A stretch of 64,000 bases of DNA from Corynebacterium sp. (GTDB taxonomy: Bacteria > Actinomycetota > Actinomycetes > Mycobacteriales > Mycobacteriaceae). The notes under the pieces are model-generated. The model made no database searches, was not told the DNA's origin, and saw only the letters and a program-made list of their open reading frames with translations. Each line of letters starts with the position of its first letter. Position 1 is the first letter of the stretch. This document shows, piece by piece, positions 1 to 9,353 of this stretch. The stretch spans positions 19,902 through 83,901 of the forward strand of contig NZ_JAUNLS010000004.1 in NCBI RefSeq assembly GCF_030532325.1, read 5' to 3'. The translations under genes were made by a program, and so were the position numbers.

Positions 1-1
1 G

Positions 2-289
2 CGCGACAAGATTGAGCGCCGCTACTCCAAGGCCCTGGGCCAGGCGGAGCTGGCGGAAAACTCGGTGTCCAACCGCATGCACGAGATCGAGCAGGCCGGC
101 GTGCAGCTGGCCGGCCACTCCCGCCTGGAGCAGATTCGCGCTGAGATGAACTCCCCGAAGGCCGTGGAAGGCAAGTCCCAGCAGGCCATCGGTGGCGCTC
201 AGGGCTCCGGCTCTGCCGCTGACCAGGCTGCGCAGCCCGCGGCTGACGACGCCGTCCAGGCCCGCCTGCGTGAACTGCGCGGCGAGTAA
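2..289 (+). CDS. PspA/IM30-family protein, C-terminal part (5' end outside window)
   Basis: Frame is open from the window edge ([49 protein letters not shown]...). This is a coiled-coil PspA-like tail followed by an A/Q/G-rich end, with stop TAA at 287-289. Family assigned from remembered similarity to actinobacterial PspA (35-kDa antigen type). Confidence 0.6.
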   Translation, partial: RDKIERRYSKALGQAELAENSVSNRMHEIEQAGVQLAGHSRLEQIRAEMNSPKAVEGKSQQAIGGAQGSGSAADQAAQPAADDAVQARLRELRGE

Positions 290-904
290 TTAGTCTCCGA
301 CTCCCCGCGCTTGCAGGGCCTCTCCCATGGCCCGCGCGCGGCGGATAGCACGGATGATAACGGGCGTGCCGAGCGCTGTGAGTGAGAAACCGGCGCCGCG
401 CGCCTTGCGGGCATCCATCACCTCGGTGACGGTGCCCAGCATGAGGGGGAGCAACCGGATGGTCAGTGACATGGCCAGGGTGATGTTTTCTACCGGAACC
501 CCGAGGCGGCGCAAGGGGGACAGGACCCGCTCAAAGGAGTCCATCATTTCTGCGACCTGCGTGGTCAGCGTGAGAAGTACCGCCGCCATGACGGCCGCGT
601 AGACGGTGAGAAAAAGCACCACGGCGCTGCGCAAATCGTTCTGCCACCACTGGAAGGCGGCGAGCAGAATAAGCAGGAACAGCGGCGGGTAAAGCTGCCC
701 CCACGCCACCGCAAGCGGGATGCGCGCCACCACAAAGAGCACGGCCACGCCAAAAACACAGACCCCAGCCCACAGCGGGGAGTCCACCCACACCGTGGTG
801 CCCACGATGAACGCGATGAGCGCGAGAAACTTCACAGCCGCCGGCAGGCGGTGGATCGGGGTATCGGCTTCCACGTAGAAGCCCAGCGGAATGTTGTGTG
901 GCAT
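290..904 (-). CDS. bioN: ECF transporter transmembrane (T) component, BioN-like
   Basis: Inner ATG at 902-904 of ORF 290..1453 gives MPHNIPLGFYVEADTPIHRLPAAVKFLALIAF..., a multi-TM CbiQ/EcfT-like protein. It is the last gene of a bioY-bioM-bioN arrangement. The upstream part of the 387-aa ORF overlaps bioM in another frame and is discarded. Confidence 0.75.
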   Translation of the reverse strand: MPHNIPLGFYVEADTPIHRLPAAVKFLALIAFIVGTTVWVDSPLWAGVCVFGVAVLFVVARIPLAVAWGQLYPPLFLLILLAAFQWWQNDLRSAVVLFLTVYAAVMAAVLLTLTTQVAEMMDSFERVLSPLRRLGVPVENITLAMSLTIRLLPLMLGTVTEVMDARKARGAGFSLTALGTPVIIRAIRRARAMGEALQARGVGD

Positions 905-914
905 GGGGCTATCT

Positions 915-1607
915 CTAGAGCGGGCGCGAGGCCATGAGCTCGGTGTAGTAGGGGACGACCTCGGCGGGCGAGCCGTCGGCAGCGATGCGGTGCTCGTCGA
1001 TGCACAGCACTCTGTCGAAGTCCGAGACGAAGTCGAGATCGTGGGTGACCACGATGAGCTGCTGCTCCAGCGCGGCGAATTCGCGGCGGATACGGTCGCG
1101 GTTACGCAGATCCAGCAGCGTGGTGGGCTCGTCGGCGATGATGAGCGTGGGTTCCATGACCACCACGGCCGCCAACGCCAAGAGCTGCTTCTGCCCGCCG
1201 GAAAGCGTGTGCGGGGACTGCTCGGCGTGGGGGCCAAGGTCAAAGCGTTCCAGCATGGCGTCGACACGCGCGGTGCGCTCCGCCTTGGACAGTTTGAGGC
1301 GGCGCAGTGAGAAGGCGATATCATCGCGCACGTTCGGCATGATGATCTGGTTCTCGGCATCGGAGAAGACAAAGCCGATTTTGCGGCGCACCTCCTTGCC
1401 GTGGGTTGCCACGTCCTGCCCGTCCACCAGCACTTGGCCCTCGGTGGGCTCACTTAGGCCGTTGATGAGCCGGGTGAGTGTGGACTTTCCGCCGCCGTTG
1501 GCACCAATGATGCCGATGCGCTGCTCGCGGAGATCCAGCGAGATGTTCTCTAGGACGGGCGCGTCCTCAAAGGCCACGCTCACGCCGCGGAACTCGATGT
1601 GTGGCAC
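915..1607 (-). CDS. bioM: ECF transporter ATPase component, BioM-like
   Basis: GTG start at 1605-1607, 3 nt after the bioY stop. Carries Walker A GANGGGKST, ABC signature LSGGQKQ and Walker B LIIADEPT. Confidence 0.85.
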   Translation of the reverse strand: MPHIEFRGVSVAFEDAPVLENISLDLREQRIGIIGANGGGKSTLTRLINGLSEPTEGQVLVDGQDVATHGKEVRRKIGFVFSDAENQIIMPNVRDDIAFSLRRLKLSKAERTARVDAMLERFDLGPHAEQSPHTLSGGQKQLLALAAVVVMEPTLIIADEPTTLLDLRNRDRIRREFAALEQQLIVVTHDLDFVSDFDRVLCIDEHRIAADGSPAEVVPYYTELMASRPL

Positions 1608-1610
1608 GGT

Positions 1611-2234
1611 TTAGACAGTGCCTTCCGTGATGGTGGTGGCAGGGGAGGTGGCAGTGCCGGACGCCTGCATCTTGGCGCGGCGGCCCATAAGATCCGGGAA
1701 GGCCGCGTGCACTGCCAGCGCGATGCCCACCATGACAGCGACCTTGATGAGGTCCGGAACCAGGAAAGGCACCTGTGAGGCAGCCGCTGCGCCTAGGCTC
1801 ATACCTGCGCGGGCCATAAGGCCGAGGGAGCCGCAGGCGTACTGGACCAGCAGGCCGACGACGCCAGCCACCGCCAGTATGGCGGCCATGGCGCCCTTGG
1901 CGCGCGGGGCGCGGTAGGCAAGGAGACCAGCCACGGCGGGGGAAATGATGTAGCCCACGAGGTAGCCCACCGTGGGGCCGGCAATAGCACTTAGGGCGCT
2001 GCGGCCGCCGGCCAGGATGGGCAGGCCGATGAGGCCAAGCACGATGAGGAGAACTCCGGTGTACAGTCCGCGGCGCCCGCCCAGGACGAGTCCAGCGAGG
2101 ATGATGACGGCGTTTTGCATCACGATGGGCACGCCAGCCACTGGGCTGGGGATGGAGACGAACGCAAAGACGATGATGAGGGCGGTGAAGACGGCTACGT
2201 AGGCGATGTCAGCCGCGACAGAGTTCTTTTTCAT
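1611..2234 (-). CDS. bioY: Biotin ECF transporter substrate-specific (S) component BioY
   Basis: MKKNSVAADIAYVAVFTALIIVFAFVSIPSPVAGVPIVMQNAVIILAGLVLGGRRG..., a six-TM BioY-like protein. It is the first gene of the bioYMN operon. Confidence 0.85.
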   Translation of the reverse strand: MKKNSVAADIAYVAVFTALIIVFAFVSIPSPVAGVPIVMQNAVIILAGLVLGGRRGLYTGVLLIVLGLIGLPILAGGRSALSAIAGPTVGYLVGYIISPAVAGLLAYRAPRAKGAMAAILAVAGVVGLLVQYACGSLGLMARAGMSLGAAAASQVPFLVPDLIKVAVMVGIALAVHAAFPDLMGRRAKMQASGTATSPATTITEGTV

Positions 2235-2282
2235 GCACAGCAGAATAGCGGCAAGGGTAACTGTGCAGCAAATGAGGCATTT

Positions 2283-2295
2283 TGAACGGTGTTCA
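2283..2295. promoter_or_regulatory. BioQ-type operator TGAAC-N3-GTTCA upstream of bioY
   Basis: Exact TGAACGGTGTTCA lies about 49 bp upstream of the bioY start. It matches the palindrome reported for the TetR-type biotin regulator BioQ of C. glutamicum. An extra GTGTTCA half-site follows at 2301-2307. Confidence 0.5.
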
Positions 2296-2381
2296 CCAGG
2301 GTGTTCATCGGTGCGCTTTCCGCCGTGATGCCATCAGGCCTGGTGTGGGCTCAGCAGCGAGAGGAAGCTAGACTGTCCGGC

Positions 2382-2597
2382 ATGCGCTTGACGGAGTATC
2401 ACCAGCTGATCGTCGACGAGTTCGGGGAGGCTGAAGGTAAGTGGATTAGCCATTCGCATGTCCTGGCTGACTTTGGTGCGACGGCCGACGAGCTTATCGA
2501 ACGCGGCGTCGATCCCGCGCGGGTGTGGATCGGACTGTGTAACGACTTTGATGTGCCGGAGAAGCGCCGGCTCGGGGTGGACTATCCCTCGTTGTAG
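2382..2597 (+). CDS. DUF3046-family small protein (conserved upstream of recA in actinobacteria)
   Basis: MRLTEYHQLIVDEFGEAEGKWISHSHVLADFGATADELIERGVDPARVWIGLCNDFDVPEKRR. The position immediately upstream of recA matches Rv2738c-like genes. Inner ATG 2382 is preferred over the ORF start at 2289. Confidence 0.7.
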   Translation: MRLTEYHQLIVDEFGEAEGKWISHSHVLADFGATADELIERGVDPARVWIGLCNDFDVPEKRRLGVDYPSL

Positions 2598-2668
2598 GTG
2601 TTGCTCTAGGTGTTCCCGTGGGGTGGTAGCGGGCCTGAAGGAGTGACACGCCCACCGTTGCTGCCATT

Positions 2669-2684
2669 TCGAACGTTTGTGTGT
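2669..2684. promoter_or_regulatory. Candidate LexA SOS box upstream of recA
   Basis: TCGAACGTTTGTGTGT matches 10 of 14 specified positions of the corynebacterial consensus TCGAA(A/C)ANNTGTTCGA. The left half TCGAAC is perfect. It abuts a -10-like TAGAGT at 2684-2689. Confidence 0.35.
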
Positions 2685-2698
2685 AGAGTGTGGGGTGG

Positions 2699-2719
2699 TG
2701 TCGGCGCCGGGACTAGTGT
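2699..2719 (+). promoter_or_regulatory. Candidate LexA-independent (RecA-NDp / PafBC-type) promoter of recA
   Basis: TGTCGG (2699-2704) lies 9 nt upstream of TAGTGT (2714-2719). This resembles the actinobacterial motif TGTCRGTG-N8-TANNNT, with the spacing one nt short. Confidence 0.3.
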
Positions 2720-2857
2720 GGTGCCCGGTGCCGGAAGTTCCGTGGCCGAATTTTGGCACCCGCGGGTGTGCGCGGGAACCGGCAGGCCCGCGGGACAGTC
2801 TAAAAGGACGCACGGATTACCCCGGTTAACTTTTTAGAAGCAACGATAGGAAAAGAC

Positions 2858-3988
2858 ATGGCAACAAAGAAGAAGGCAACCGCCGCCAGCAAGGGAGATG
2901 ACCGCCAAAAGGCGCTGGACGCCGCGATGGCGATGATTGAGAAGGACTTTGGCAAGGGTGCTGTCATGCGCCTGGGTGATGATGATCGCCCGCCAATCCG
3001 CGCGATTTCCTCCGGCAACACCGCGATTGACATCGCGCTGGGCATCGGCGGATTCCCGCGCGGGCGCATCGTGGAGATCTACGGCCCGGAGTCCTCGGGT
3101 AAAACTACCGTGGCGTTGCACGCGATTGCCTCCGCGCAGAAGGAGGGCGGCATCGCCGCCTTCATCGACGCCGAGCACGCCCTCGACCCCGAGTACGCCC
3201 GTCTGCTGGGCGTGGACACCGATAACCTGCTGGTTTCCCAGCCGGATACCGGCGAGCAGGCACTCGAGATCGCGGACATGCTGGTGCGCTCCGGGGCCAT
3301 TGACATCATCGTGATCGACTCGGTGGCGGCCCTGACGCCCAAGGCTGAGATCGAGGGCGAGATGGGTGACAGCCACGTGGGCCTGCAGGCCCGCCTGATG
3401 TCCCAGGCCCTGCGCAAGATGACCGGCGCGCTCTACAACTCCGGCACCACTGCCATCTTCATTAACCAGCTGCGTGAGAAGATCGGCGTCATGTTCGGCT
3501 CCCCGGAGACCACCACTGGTGGTAAGGCGCTGAAGTTTTACGCCTCGGTGCGCTGCGATATTCGCCGCATTCAGACGCTCAAGGATGGCCAGGACGCTAT
3601 TGGTAACCGCACCAAGATGAAGGTGGTCAAGAACAAGGTCTCCCCCCCGTTCAAGATCGCTGAGTTCGACATCATGTACGGTGAGGGCATTTCGCGCGAA
3701 TCCTCCATCATCGACCTCGGCGTGCAGCACGGCTTCATCAAGAAGTCCGGTTCCTGGTTCACCTACGAGGGTGACCAGCTGGGGCAGGGCAAGGAGAAGG
3801 CCCGCAACTTCCTCAAGGAGAACCCGGACCTGGCCAATGAGATCGAGAAGAAGATCTTCACCAAGCTGGGCATCGGCGCTGCGGCCGCCGAGGGCGAGGA
3901 CGTAGCCATGGACGTGCCGGGCGCGGAGGATCCGCTCACCGATGACGCAGTGGACCTGGTGCCCAACGTCGACTTCGATGACGATTAG
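2858..3988 (+). CDS. recA: Recombinase RecA
   Basis: [41 protein letters not shown]..., Walker [10 protein letters not shown], and the full-length RecA core. Confidence 0.98.
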   Translation: MATKKKATAASKGDDRQKALDAAMAMIEKDFGKGAVMRLGDDDRPPIRAISSGNTAIDIALGIGGFPRGRIVEIYGPESSGKTTVALHAIASAQKEGGIAAFIDAEHALDPEYARLLGVDTDNLLVSQPDTGEQALEIADMLVRSGAIDIIVIDSVAALTPKAEIEGEMGDSHVGLQARLMSQALRKMTGALYNSGTTAIFINQLREKIGVMFGSPETTTGGKALKFYASVRCDIRRIQTLKDGQDAIGNRTKMKVVKNKVSPPFKIAEFDIMYGEGISRESSIIDLGVQHGFIKKSGSWFTYEGDQLGQGKEKARNFLKENPDLANEIEKKIFTKLGIGAAAAEGEDVAMDVPGAEDPLTDDAVDLVPNVDFDDD

Positions 3989-4014
3989 AGCTGACGATAA
4001 GAGATTGTGAGTAG

Positions 4015-4635
4015 ATGAGTCACCACCGGCAGCCTTCCGCGGAGAAGGTGGAGAAGCTGCGCCGCGCGCTGGAGGAGTATGAATCCGGCGCCGCGGGAGG
4101 CGGGCTTTTCGACGTCACCGCGGAAGAGTCCAAGGCCAAGGTGCGGGCCCGCGCGTTGTTGCTGCTGGATCAACGCGCGCGCTCGCGCCACGAGCTTTAT
4201 GAGCGGCTCGTGGGGCTCGAGTTTGAGCCGCAGGTGGTGGAGGCGGTACTTGATGACCTCGCCGGGGTGGGCTTGATCAACGATGAGGCTTTCGCCCACG
4301 AGTGGGTGCGCCAGCGCCACGTGCGCCGCGGCAAGTCGGCCCGCGTGCTTGACCGCGAGTTGCGCCAGAAGGGCGTCGGCGAGCAGGAGCGCGCGGAGGC
4401 CCTCGAGCAGGTGACCGAGGAATCCGAGGAATCCATCGCCCGCGGGCTGGCGGAAAAGAAGGCCCGCTCCGTCAAGGCCGTGCCGGCCGATCGCCACGAG
4501 CGGGACAAGGCCTTGCGGCGCATCGTCGGGGTGCTGGCCCGCCGGGGATTTCCCGAGGGCATGGCGCTGCGCCTCGGGCGTGAGGCGCTTGATGCCCGCC
4601 TGGCCGAGCTGGAGGCCCAAGCGGAAGTAGAGTAG
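4015..4635 (+). CDS. recX: Recombination regulator RecX
   Basis: Starts 26 nt after recA. Helical-repeat RecX-like sequence (LDQRARSRHELYERLV..., LDRELRQKGV...). Confidence 0.9.
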   Translation: MSHHRQPSAEKVEKLRRALEEYESGAAGGGLFDVTAEESKAKVRARALLLLDQRARSRHELYERLVGLEFEPQVVEAVLDDLAGVGLINDEAFAHEWVRQRHVRRGKSARVLDRELRQKGVGEQERAEALEQVTEESEESIARGLAEKKARSVKAVPADRHERDKALRRIVGVLARRGFPEGMALRLGREALDARLAELEAQAEVE

Positions 4636-4709
4636 GGGCCTAAGCTGGGTGCTTGTGCAGCTCGGGGGCGTTTATGAGTTGAGCTGCGCTGCCGATACAA
4701 TGGCCCGAC

Positions 4710-6260
4710 GTGAACACCCCCGTGACTGAAACCCCAACCCCCGCTGCACGCACCTACGAGGTGCGCACGTTTGGCTGCCAGATGAACGTGCACGATTCCG
4801 AGCGCATCTCCGGATTGCTGGAGGAGGCCGGTTACGTCGCGGCTGGCGAGTCCGAACCCGACCTTGTGGTCTTTAACACGTGTGCGGTGCGTGAGAACGC
4901 AGCCAAGCGCCTCTACGGCACGCTGGGCTCGCTGAAGAAGACCAAGGAAAACCACCCCGGCATGCAGATCGCCGTGGGCGGCTGCCTGGCGCAAAAAGAC
5001 AAAGAAGACGTACTGAGCAACGCGCCCTGGGTGGACGCGGTCTTCGGTACCCACAACATCTCCGCGCTGCCGGCGCTGCTGGAACGCGCGCGCCACAACG
5101 ATGAAGCCCAGGTGGAGATCGTCGACGCGCTCGAAGCTTTCCCCTCCGTCCTGCCGGCCAAGCGCGAGTCCGCCTACGCCGGCTGGGTCTCGGTCTCTGT
5201 GGGCTGCAACAACACCTGCACGTTCTGCATCGTGCCCTCCCTGCGCGGCAAGGAGGAGGACCGCCGCCCCGGCGATATCCTCGCCGAGGTCACCGCGCTG
5301 GTGGATCAGGGTGTGTCCGAGGTGACCCTGCTGGGCCAGAACGTCAACGCTTACGGTGTGAACTTCGCCGACCCGGACCTGCCGCGCGATCGCTTCGCCT
5401 TTTCCAAGCTGTTGCGCGAGGTCGGCGCCATCGAGGGCCTGGAGCGCCTGCGTTTTACCTCCCCGCACCCAGCGGAGTTCACCTCCGATGTGATCGACGC
5501 GATGGCCGAGACCCCGGCGGTGTGCCCCCAGCTGCACATGCCGCTGCAGTCCGGCTCGGACCGCATCCTCAAGGCGATGCGCCGTTCCTACCGTTCGAAG
5601 AAGTTCCTCGCTATCCTCGACGAGGTACGCGAGAAGATGCCGCACGCGGCGATCACCACCGATATCATCGTGGGCTTCCCCGGCGAGACCGAGGAGGATT
5701 TCGAGGCCACCATGGAGGTGGTGCGTCGCGCGCGCTTTAGCTCCGCGTTTACCTTCCAGTATTCGCCGCGCCCCGGCACCCCGGCCGCGACAATGGAGGA
5801 GCAGGTGCCCAAGCACGTGGTCCAGGAGCGCTTCGAGCGGCTCGTGGCGCTGCAGGATTCCATCCAGGCGGAAGAAAACGCCAAGCTGGTGGGCACGGAC
5901 GTTGAGTTGCTGGTGCAGGCCGAGGGCGGCCGCAAGGCCAATGAGACTCACCGCCTGACCGGGCGTGCCCGCGACGGGCGCCTGGTCCACTTCGCCCCGG
6001 TGCGCGTGGCCGAAGACGGCTCTCGCGAGGACATCTCCGCGGAGATTCGTCCTGGTGACGTCGTTCACACTACCGTCACGGACTCCGGTTCCTTCTTCCT
6101 CGTGGCGGATGCTGGGGTCACCGAGCACCGCCGCACCAAGGCCGGCGACATGTCTGCGGAGGGCCGCACTCCAACCACCGCGCCGATTGGCGTGGGCCTG
6201 GGCCTGCCCGGTGTGGGCAAGCCGGCCGCACCCGCCGGTGGAGATGCCTGCGGCTGCTAA
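4710..6260 (+). CDS. miaB: tRNA-i6A37 methylthiotransferase MiaB
   Basis: N-terminal MTTase cysteines (FGCQMN), radical-SAM CNNTCTFC and a C-terminal TRAM-like region. GTG start. Confidence 0.95.
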   Translation: MNTPVTETPTPAARTYEVRTFGCQMNVHDSERISGLLEEAGYVAAGESEPDLVVFNTCAVRENAAKRLYGTLGSLKKTKENHPGMQIAVGGCLAQKDKEDVLSNAPWVDAVFGTHNISALPALLERARHNDEAQVEIVDALEAFPSVLPAKRESAYAGWVSVSVGCNNTCTFCIVPSLRGKEEDRRPGDILAEVTALVDQGVSEVTLLGQNVNAYGVNFADPDLPRDRFAFSKLLREVGAIEGLERLRFTSPHPAEFTSDVIDAMAETPAVCPQLHMPLQSGSDRILKAMRRSYRSKKFLAILDEVREKMPHAAITTDIIVGFPGETEEDFEATMEVVRRARFSSAFTFQYSPRPGTPAATMEEQVPKHVVQERFERLVALQDSIQAEENAKLVGTDVELLVQAEGGRKANETHRLTGRARDGRLVHFAPVRVAEDGSREDISAEIRPGDVVHTTVTDSGSFFLVADAGVTEHRRTKAGDMSAEGRTPTTAPIGVGLGLPGVGKPAAPAGGDACGC

Positions 6261-6298
6261 GTTCCTTCTGCCGCCGCAGCGGGGTAGGCTGCGAAGAC

Positions 6299-6949
6299 AT
6301 GGATAAAGCGCAGCAAGCAGCACAGGAAGCGGTAAAGGCCGAACGTAAATCCGCGCAGACCATCGAGCTGGGCGGGCACCGCATCACGCTTATTGTCTCG
6401 GTGGTGGCCTTCGTGGCTTTTCTTATCCTTCCCTATGCGGGGGATGCGCACGGCTGGGAGGACCTCATGCTGGGTACCACGTCCGAGGGCGTGGACATCT
6501 CCATCATGGAGGTCATCTCCGCGTGGTTCGCCCTCGTGGGCGTGGGCGTGCTTACCACCGCGGTGATTATCTTCCGCCGCACCAACCTGGCGCTGGTGGC
6601 GTGGATGCTCACCACCATTTCCTTCTTCCTCAACTTGTGGGGTTTCTGGTTCCGCCGCGCTTCTGCTGACGGTCCCTCCATCGGCTGGGCCCTGGGTATG
6701 CTGGCCAGCCTGCTGGCTTTTGTGGTCTACAGCCAGGTTGCGCTGCGCCGCAGCCCCGAGCAACTCGCCGCGCAGCAGCGTGTGCGCGAGACCGCGGGCG
6801 AGCTGGATCAGATCGGCGTGCTGCAGTCGGAGGCCGCGACGAGCCTGCCGGCTGAGGAGAACCCGCTGCTTGTCGACGACCGCCGGGCCCGCGCCGCGCA
6901 GCGCCACCACGAGCCCAGAGCGCAGCGCCAGGACGAGCCTGGGGCCTAG
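6299..6949 (+). CDS. Conserved actinobacterial membrane protein (Rv2732c-like position)
   Basis: Charged N-terminus followed by four or five hydrophobic helices. Lies directly downstream of miaB. Confidence 0.6.
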   Translation: MDKAQQAAQEAVKAERKSAQTIELGGHRITLIVSVVAFVAFLILPYAGDAHGWEDLMLGTTSEGVDISIMEVISAWFALVGVGVLTTAVIIFRRTNLALVAWMLTTISFFLNLWGFWFRRASADGPSIGWALGMLASLLAFVVYSQVALRRSPEQLAAQQRVRETAGELDQIGVLQSEAATSLPAEENPLLVDDRRARAAQRHHEPRAQRQDEPGA

Positions 6950-6964
6950 CGGGCTCGGGCGCTC

Positions 6965-8620
6965 CTAGAGGGTCTCGGCGATGGCGCGCAGGGTCTCCGG
7001 GATGTCCATCTGCTGGGTGTGCACCTCGATGAGGACGAACTTGTCTTGGGCCTGGAGGGTCTGTGTAAGGGCGCTGTCAAGCTCGGCGGAGGTGTGGACG
7101 TCGAAGGTCATGGCCTTGTCGGGGCTGCCGCCGAAGAAGTCGATGGCGTGCTGCCAGTTCCACGGGGCGATGTCGTTGTACTCGGCGTTTTCGCCGTGGA
7201 TGGCGCGCTCGACGGTGTAGCCGTTGTTTTCCACCAGGATCATCACTACCGGCAGGCCCTGGCGCAGGATGGTGCCCACCTCCTGGGCGGACATCTGCGC
7301 GGAGCCGTCGCCGATGAGCAAGATGGGGCGGCGGGAGCGGTCTGCCAGGCCGGCGCCGAGGGCGGCGGGCAGGGTGTAGCCGATGGAGCCCCACATGGGC
7401 TGGCCGATGAACTGGGAGTTCTCCGGCAGGCGCATGGCGGACATGCCGAAGAGGGAGGTGCCCTGCTCGGCGATGACATTGGTGGGGTTGGTCAGCGCGT
7501 TGATGACCTGGGCCCACAGCTCCTCCTCGGTCAAGGGTTTATCGGAGAGCGTGACCTCGGTCTTCACGGGGGCGGCCGGGGTGAAGTCGACGCCGTGAAC
7601 GTCGTTGTTTTTCACCACGCGCTCGATGATCTCCAGCGCGCGATCCATGGTGATGGGGGCGAAGAGCTCCTCGCCCACAGAGGCTTCCATGCGGCCCACG
7701 TTGACGCGGGTGGACTCGTCGATGTTGTGGCTAAAGCCTGCGGTGGTGTTGTCGGTGAACTGCACGCCGACGGTGATGGAGACGTCGGCGCCCTCGACGG
7801 CGTCGATGATGCTCTGCTTGGAAGCGGCGCCGGCGTAGACGCCCACGAAGTTGGGGTTGTCCTCGTTGGCCAGGGACTTGCCCCAGCTCAGGGTAGCGAA
7901 GGGCAGGCCGGTGTTGTCCAGGAAGGAGTTGAAGTTCTCGCGGTAGCCGTAGCGGTGCACGAGGTAATCGGCCAGCACGGAGACGGTTTTGCCGGAGAGG
8001 TTCTTCTCCAGTGCCTTCTCGAAGGCCTTTTCCGCCTCCGGGTTGGAGCTGATCTCGATGGTGCGCAGCGGCGCGCTCGGCGGGAAGGCGGGGGCCTTGG
8101 CAACGTCATGGGCGAGCATGATGTAGCCGGGCTTGCGGGTGTGCATGACGGTGCGCAGGACGCGGTCGATCTCGAAGGTGGCGGTGGCGACCTCGAGGTC
8201 GGTCACGGCCGAGGAGATCTCGGCGGACATGCGGTAGAAGTGCTTGAAGTCGCCGTCGCCCAGCGAGTGGTGCAGCGCGTTGCCGGCCTTCTGCAGCGGC
8301 TTGGCTGGAGCGCCCACGATGTGCACTACCGGGGCGGACTCGGTGTAGGCTCCGGCGATGCCGTTGAGCGCGGAGAGCTCGCCCACGCCGAAGGTGGTCA
8401 GCAGGGCGCCGATGCCGCGCAGGCGGGCGTAGGCGTCGGCGGCGTAGGCGGCGTTGAGCTCGTTGGAGTTGCCCACCCAGGTGATGTCCTCTTTGTGCTC
8501 CAGGACGGTGTCGAGGAAGTGCAGGTTGTAATCGCCCGGCACGCCGAAGAGCTCGCTGACGCCCAACTCGTGGAGGCGGTCCAGCAGGTAATCGCCAACT
8601 GTGTAGTTCTCGTGTGACAT
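6965..8620 (-). CDS. Thiamine-diphosphate-dependent 2-keto-acid decarboxylase (indolepyruvate/phenylpyruvate decarboxylase family)
   Basis: MSHENYTVGDYLLDRLHELGVSELFGVPGDYNLHFLD...NELNAAYAADAYAR...TTFGVGELSALNGIAG closely resembles IpdC/Pdc N-termini. TPP motif GDGSAQMSAQE...VENNGYTVER is present. Confidence 0.9.
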   Translation of the reverse strand: MSHENYTVGDYLLDRLHELGVSELFGVPGDYNLHFLDTVLEHKEDITWVGNSNELNAAYAADAYARLRGIGALLTTFGVGELSALNGIAGAYTESAPVVHIVGAPAKPLQKAGNALHHSLGDGDFKHFYRMSAEISSAVTDLEVATATFEIDRVLRTVMHTRKPGYIMLAHDVAKAPAFPPSAPLRTIEISSNPEAEKAFEKALEKNLSGKTVSVLADYLVHRYGYRENFNSFLDNTGLPFATLSWGKSLANEDNPNFVGVYAGAASKQSIIDAVEGADVSITVGVQFTDNTTAGFSHNIDESTRVNVGRMEASVGEELFAPITMDRALEIIERVVKNNDVHGVDFTPAAPVKTEVTLSDKPLTEEELWAQVINALTNPTNVIAEQGTSLFGMSAMRLPENSQFIGQPMWGSIGYTLPAALGAGLADRSRRPILLIGDGSAQMSAQEVGTILRQGLPVVMILVENNGYTVERAIHGENAEYNDIAPWNWQHAIDFFGGSPDKAMTFDVHTSAELDSALTQTLQAQDKFVLIEVHTQQMDIPETLRAIAETL

Positions 8621-8647
8621 GGGGTGGAGTCCTTTCTGTACTGAGGT

Positions 8648-9247
8648 CTAATGGGTGTCCTGACCACTGCTGGCCGGGGCGTTGTTGATGTCGGTGATGT
8701 GTCCGAAGAGCCCGCCGTAGATGGGGGTGCGGATGGAGGCGGACCAGTCCTCGTCCACCTCGTCGAGGCGCAGCGAGGTGGAGGCCGTCATGAGGAAGCC
8801 GTAGCCCAAGAATGCCTTGATGGCGACGTCATCAGCGCCGGTGGCGGCGTGGATGGTGCGCCAGATCGTGGCGAAGCCCGCCCTGGTGTGCTCGCGGATC
8901 TCCTCGTCGGTGGCGGAGGCGATGCCGTGCAGCTGGAGGCGGAGCATAGTGTGGTCTTCCAGCATGGACATGTACTTCGGTCCCATGCGGTCGAATGCCT
9001 CGGTGCCGGTGGTTCCCGCGGCGGCGTTGTGAAGCCCCTCGGCCATGCGCTCGAAGGCGACATCGAGGAGCTCGAGGAAGAGTGCCTTTTTGGTTCCAAA
9101 GATGCGGAAGACGTAGGCCTGGCTGATGCCTGCCCGCTCGGCGATTTCGTCGATGCTTGCGTTGGCTGGGCCGTGGGCGGCGAATTCTTCCGCGGCGATG
9201 CGCAGGAGCTGGGCCCTGCGTTCCTGACTGCTCATTCTCGAACTCAC
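8648..9247 (-). CDS. TetR-family transcriptional regulator
   Basis: HTH SIDEIAERAGISQAYVFRIFGTKKALF. Lies 27 nt upstream of the decarboxylase gene, so probably the same operon. The ORF start at 9247 is GTG; an alternative ATG is at 9233-9235. Confidence 0.85.
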   Translation of the reverse strand: MSSRMSSQERRAQLLRIAAEEFAAHGPANASIDEIAERAGISQAYVFRIFGTKKALFLELLDVAFERMAEGLHNAAAGTTGTEAFDRMGPKYMSMLEDHTMLRLQLHGIASATDEEIREHTRAGFATIWRTIHAATGADDVAIKAFLGYGFLMTASTSLRLDEVDEDWSASIRTPIYGGLFGHITDINNAPASSGQDTH

Positions 9248-9252
9248 GCTTT

Positions 9253-9272
9253 GTAAGTTAGTGGTTACTTAC
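9253..9272. promoter_or_regulatory. Imperfect palindrome GTAAGT-N8-ACTTAC, candidate TetR operator
   Basis: GTAAGTTAGTGGTTACTTAC lies directly upstream of the TetR gene start. The outer 6-bp arms are perfect. Confidence 0.3.
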
Positions 9273-9287
9273 TTGTCTGTCAAGCGG

Positions 9288-9331
9288 AGCTCAGGTACAG
9301 CTCAAGTACAACCCAAGAGCAGCTCAAGCGC
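9288..9331. repeat. Four tandem 11-bp units (AGCTCAGGTAC AGCTCAAGTAC AACCCAAGAGC AGCTCAAGCGC)
   Basis: Read directly from the sequence. The period is one helical turn. It lies in the intergenic region between the GNAT gene end and the TetR gene start. Confidence 0.8.
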
Positions 9332-9353
9332 GCTACGCGCCTGGATATGGAAA

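Noticed and set aside
290-1453. 387-aa ORF suggesting a large fusion protein covering bioN and part of bioM
   Set aside because: Only the C-terminal 204 aa (from ATG 902-904) looks like an EcfT/BioN protein. The N-terminal part is Pro/Ser/Arg-rich nonsense that overlaps the real bioM frame.
4197-6323. 708-aa ORF antisense to recX/miaB. Similar long antisense ORFs occur at 7019-8617, 10499-11824, 17282-18610, 27770-29731, 31721-33085, 37474-39114, 58052-59182 and 59491-61242.
   Set aside because: All lie opposite well-supported genes. Their translations are Arg/Gly/Ala/His/Pro-rich with no recognisable motifs. These are classic stop-codon-poor shadow ORFs of high-GC DNA.
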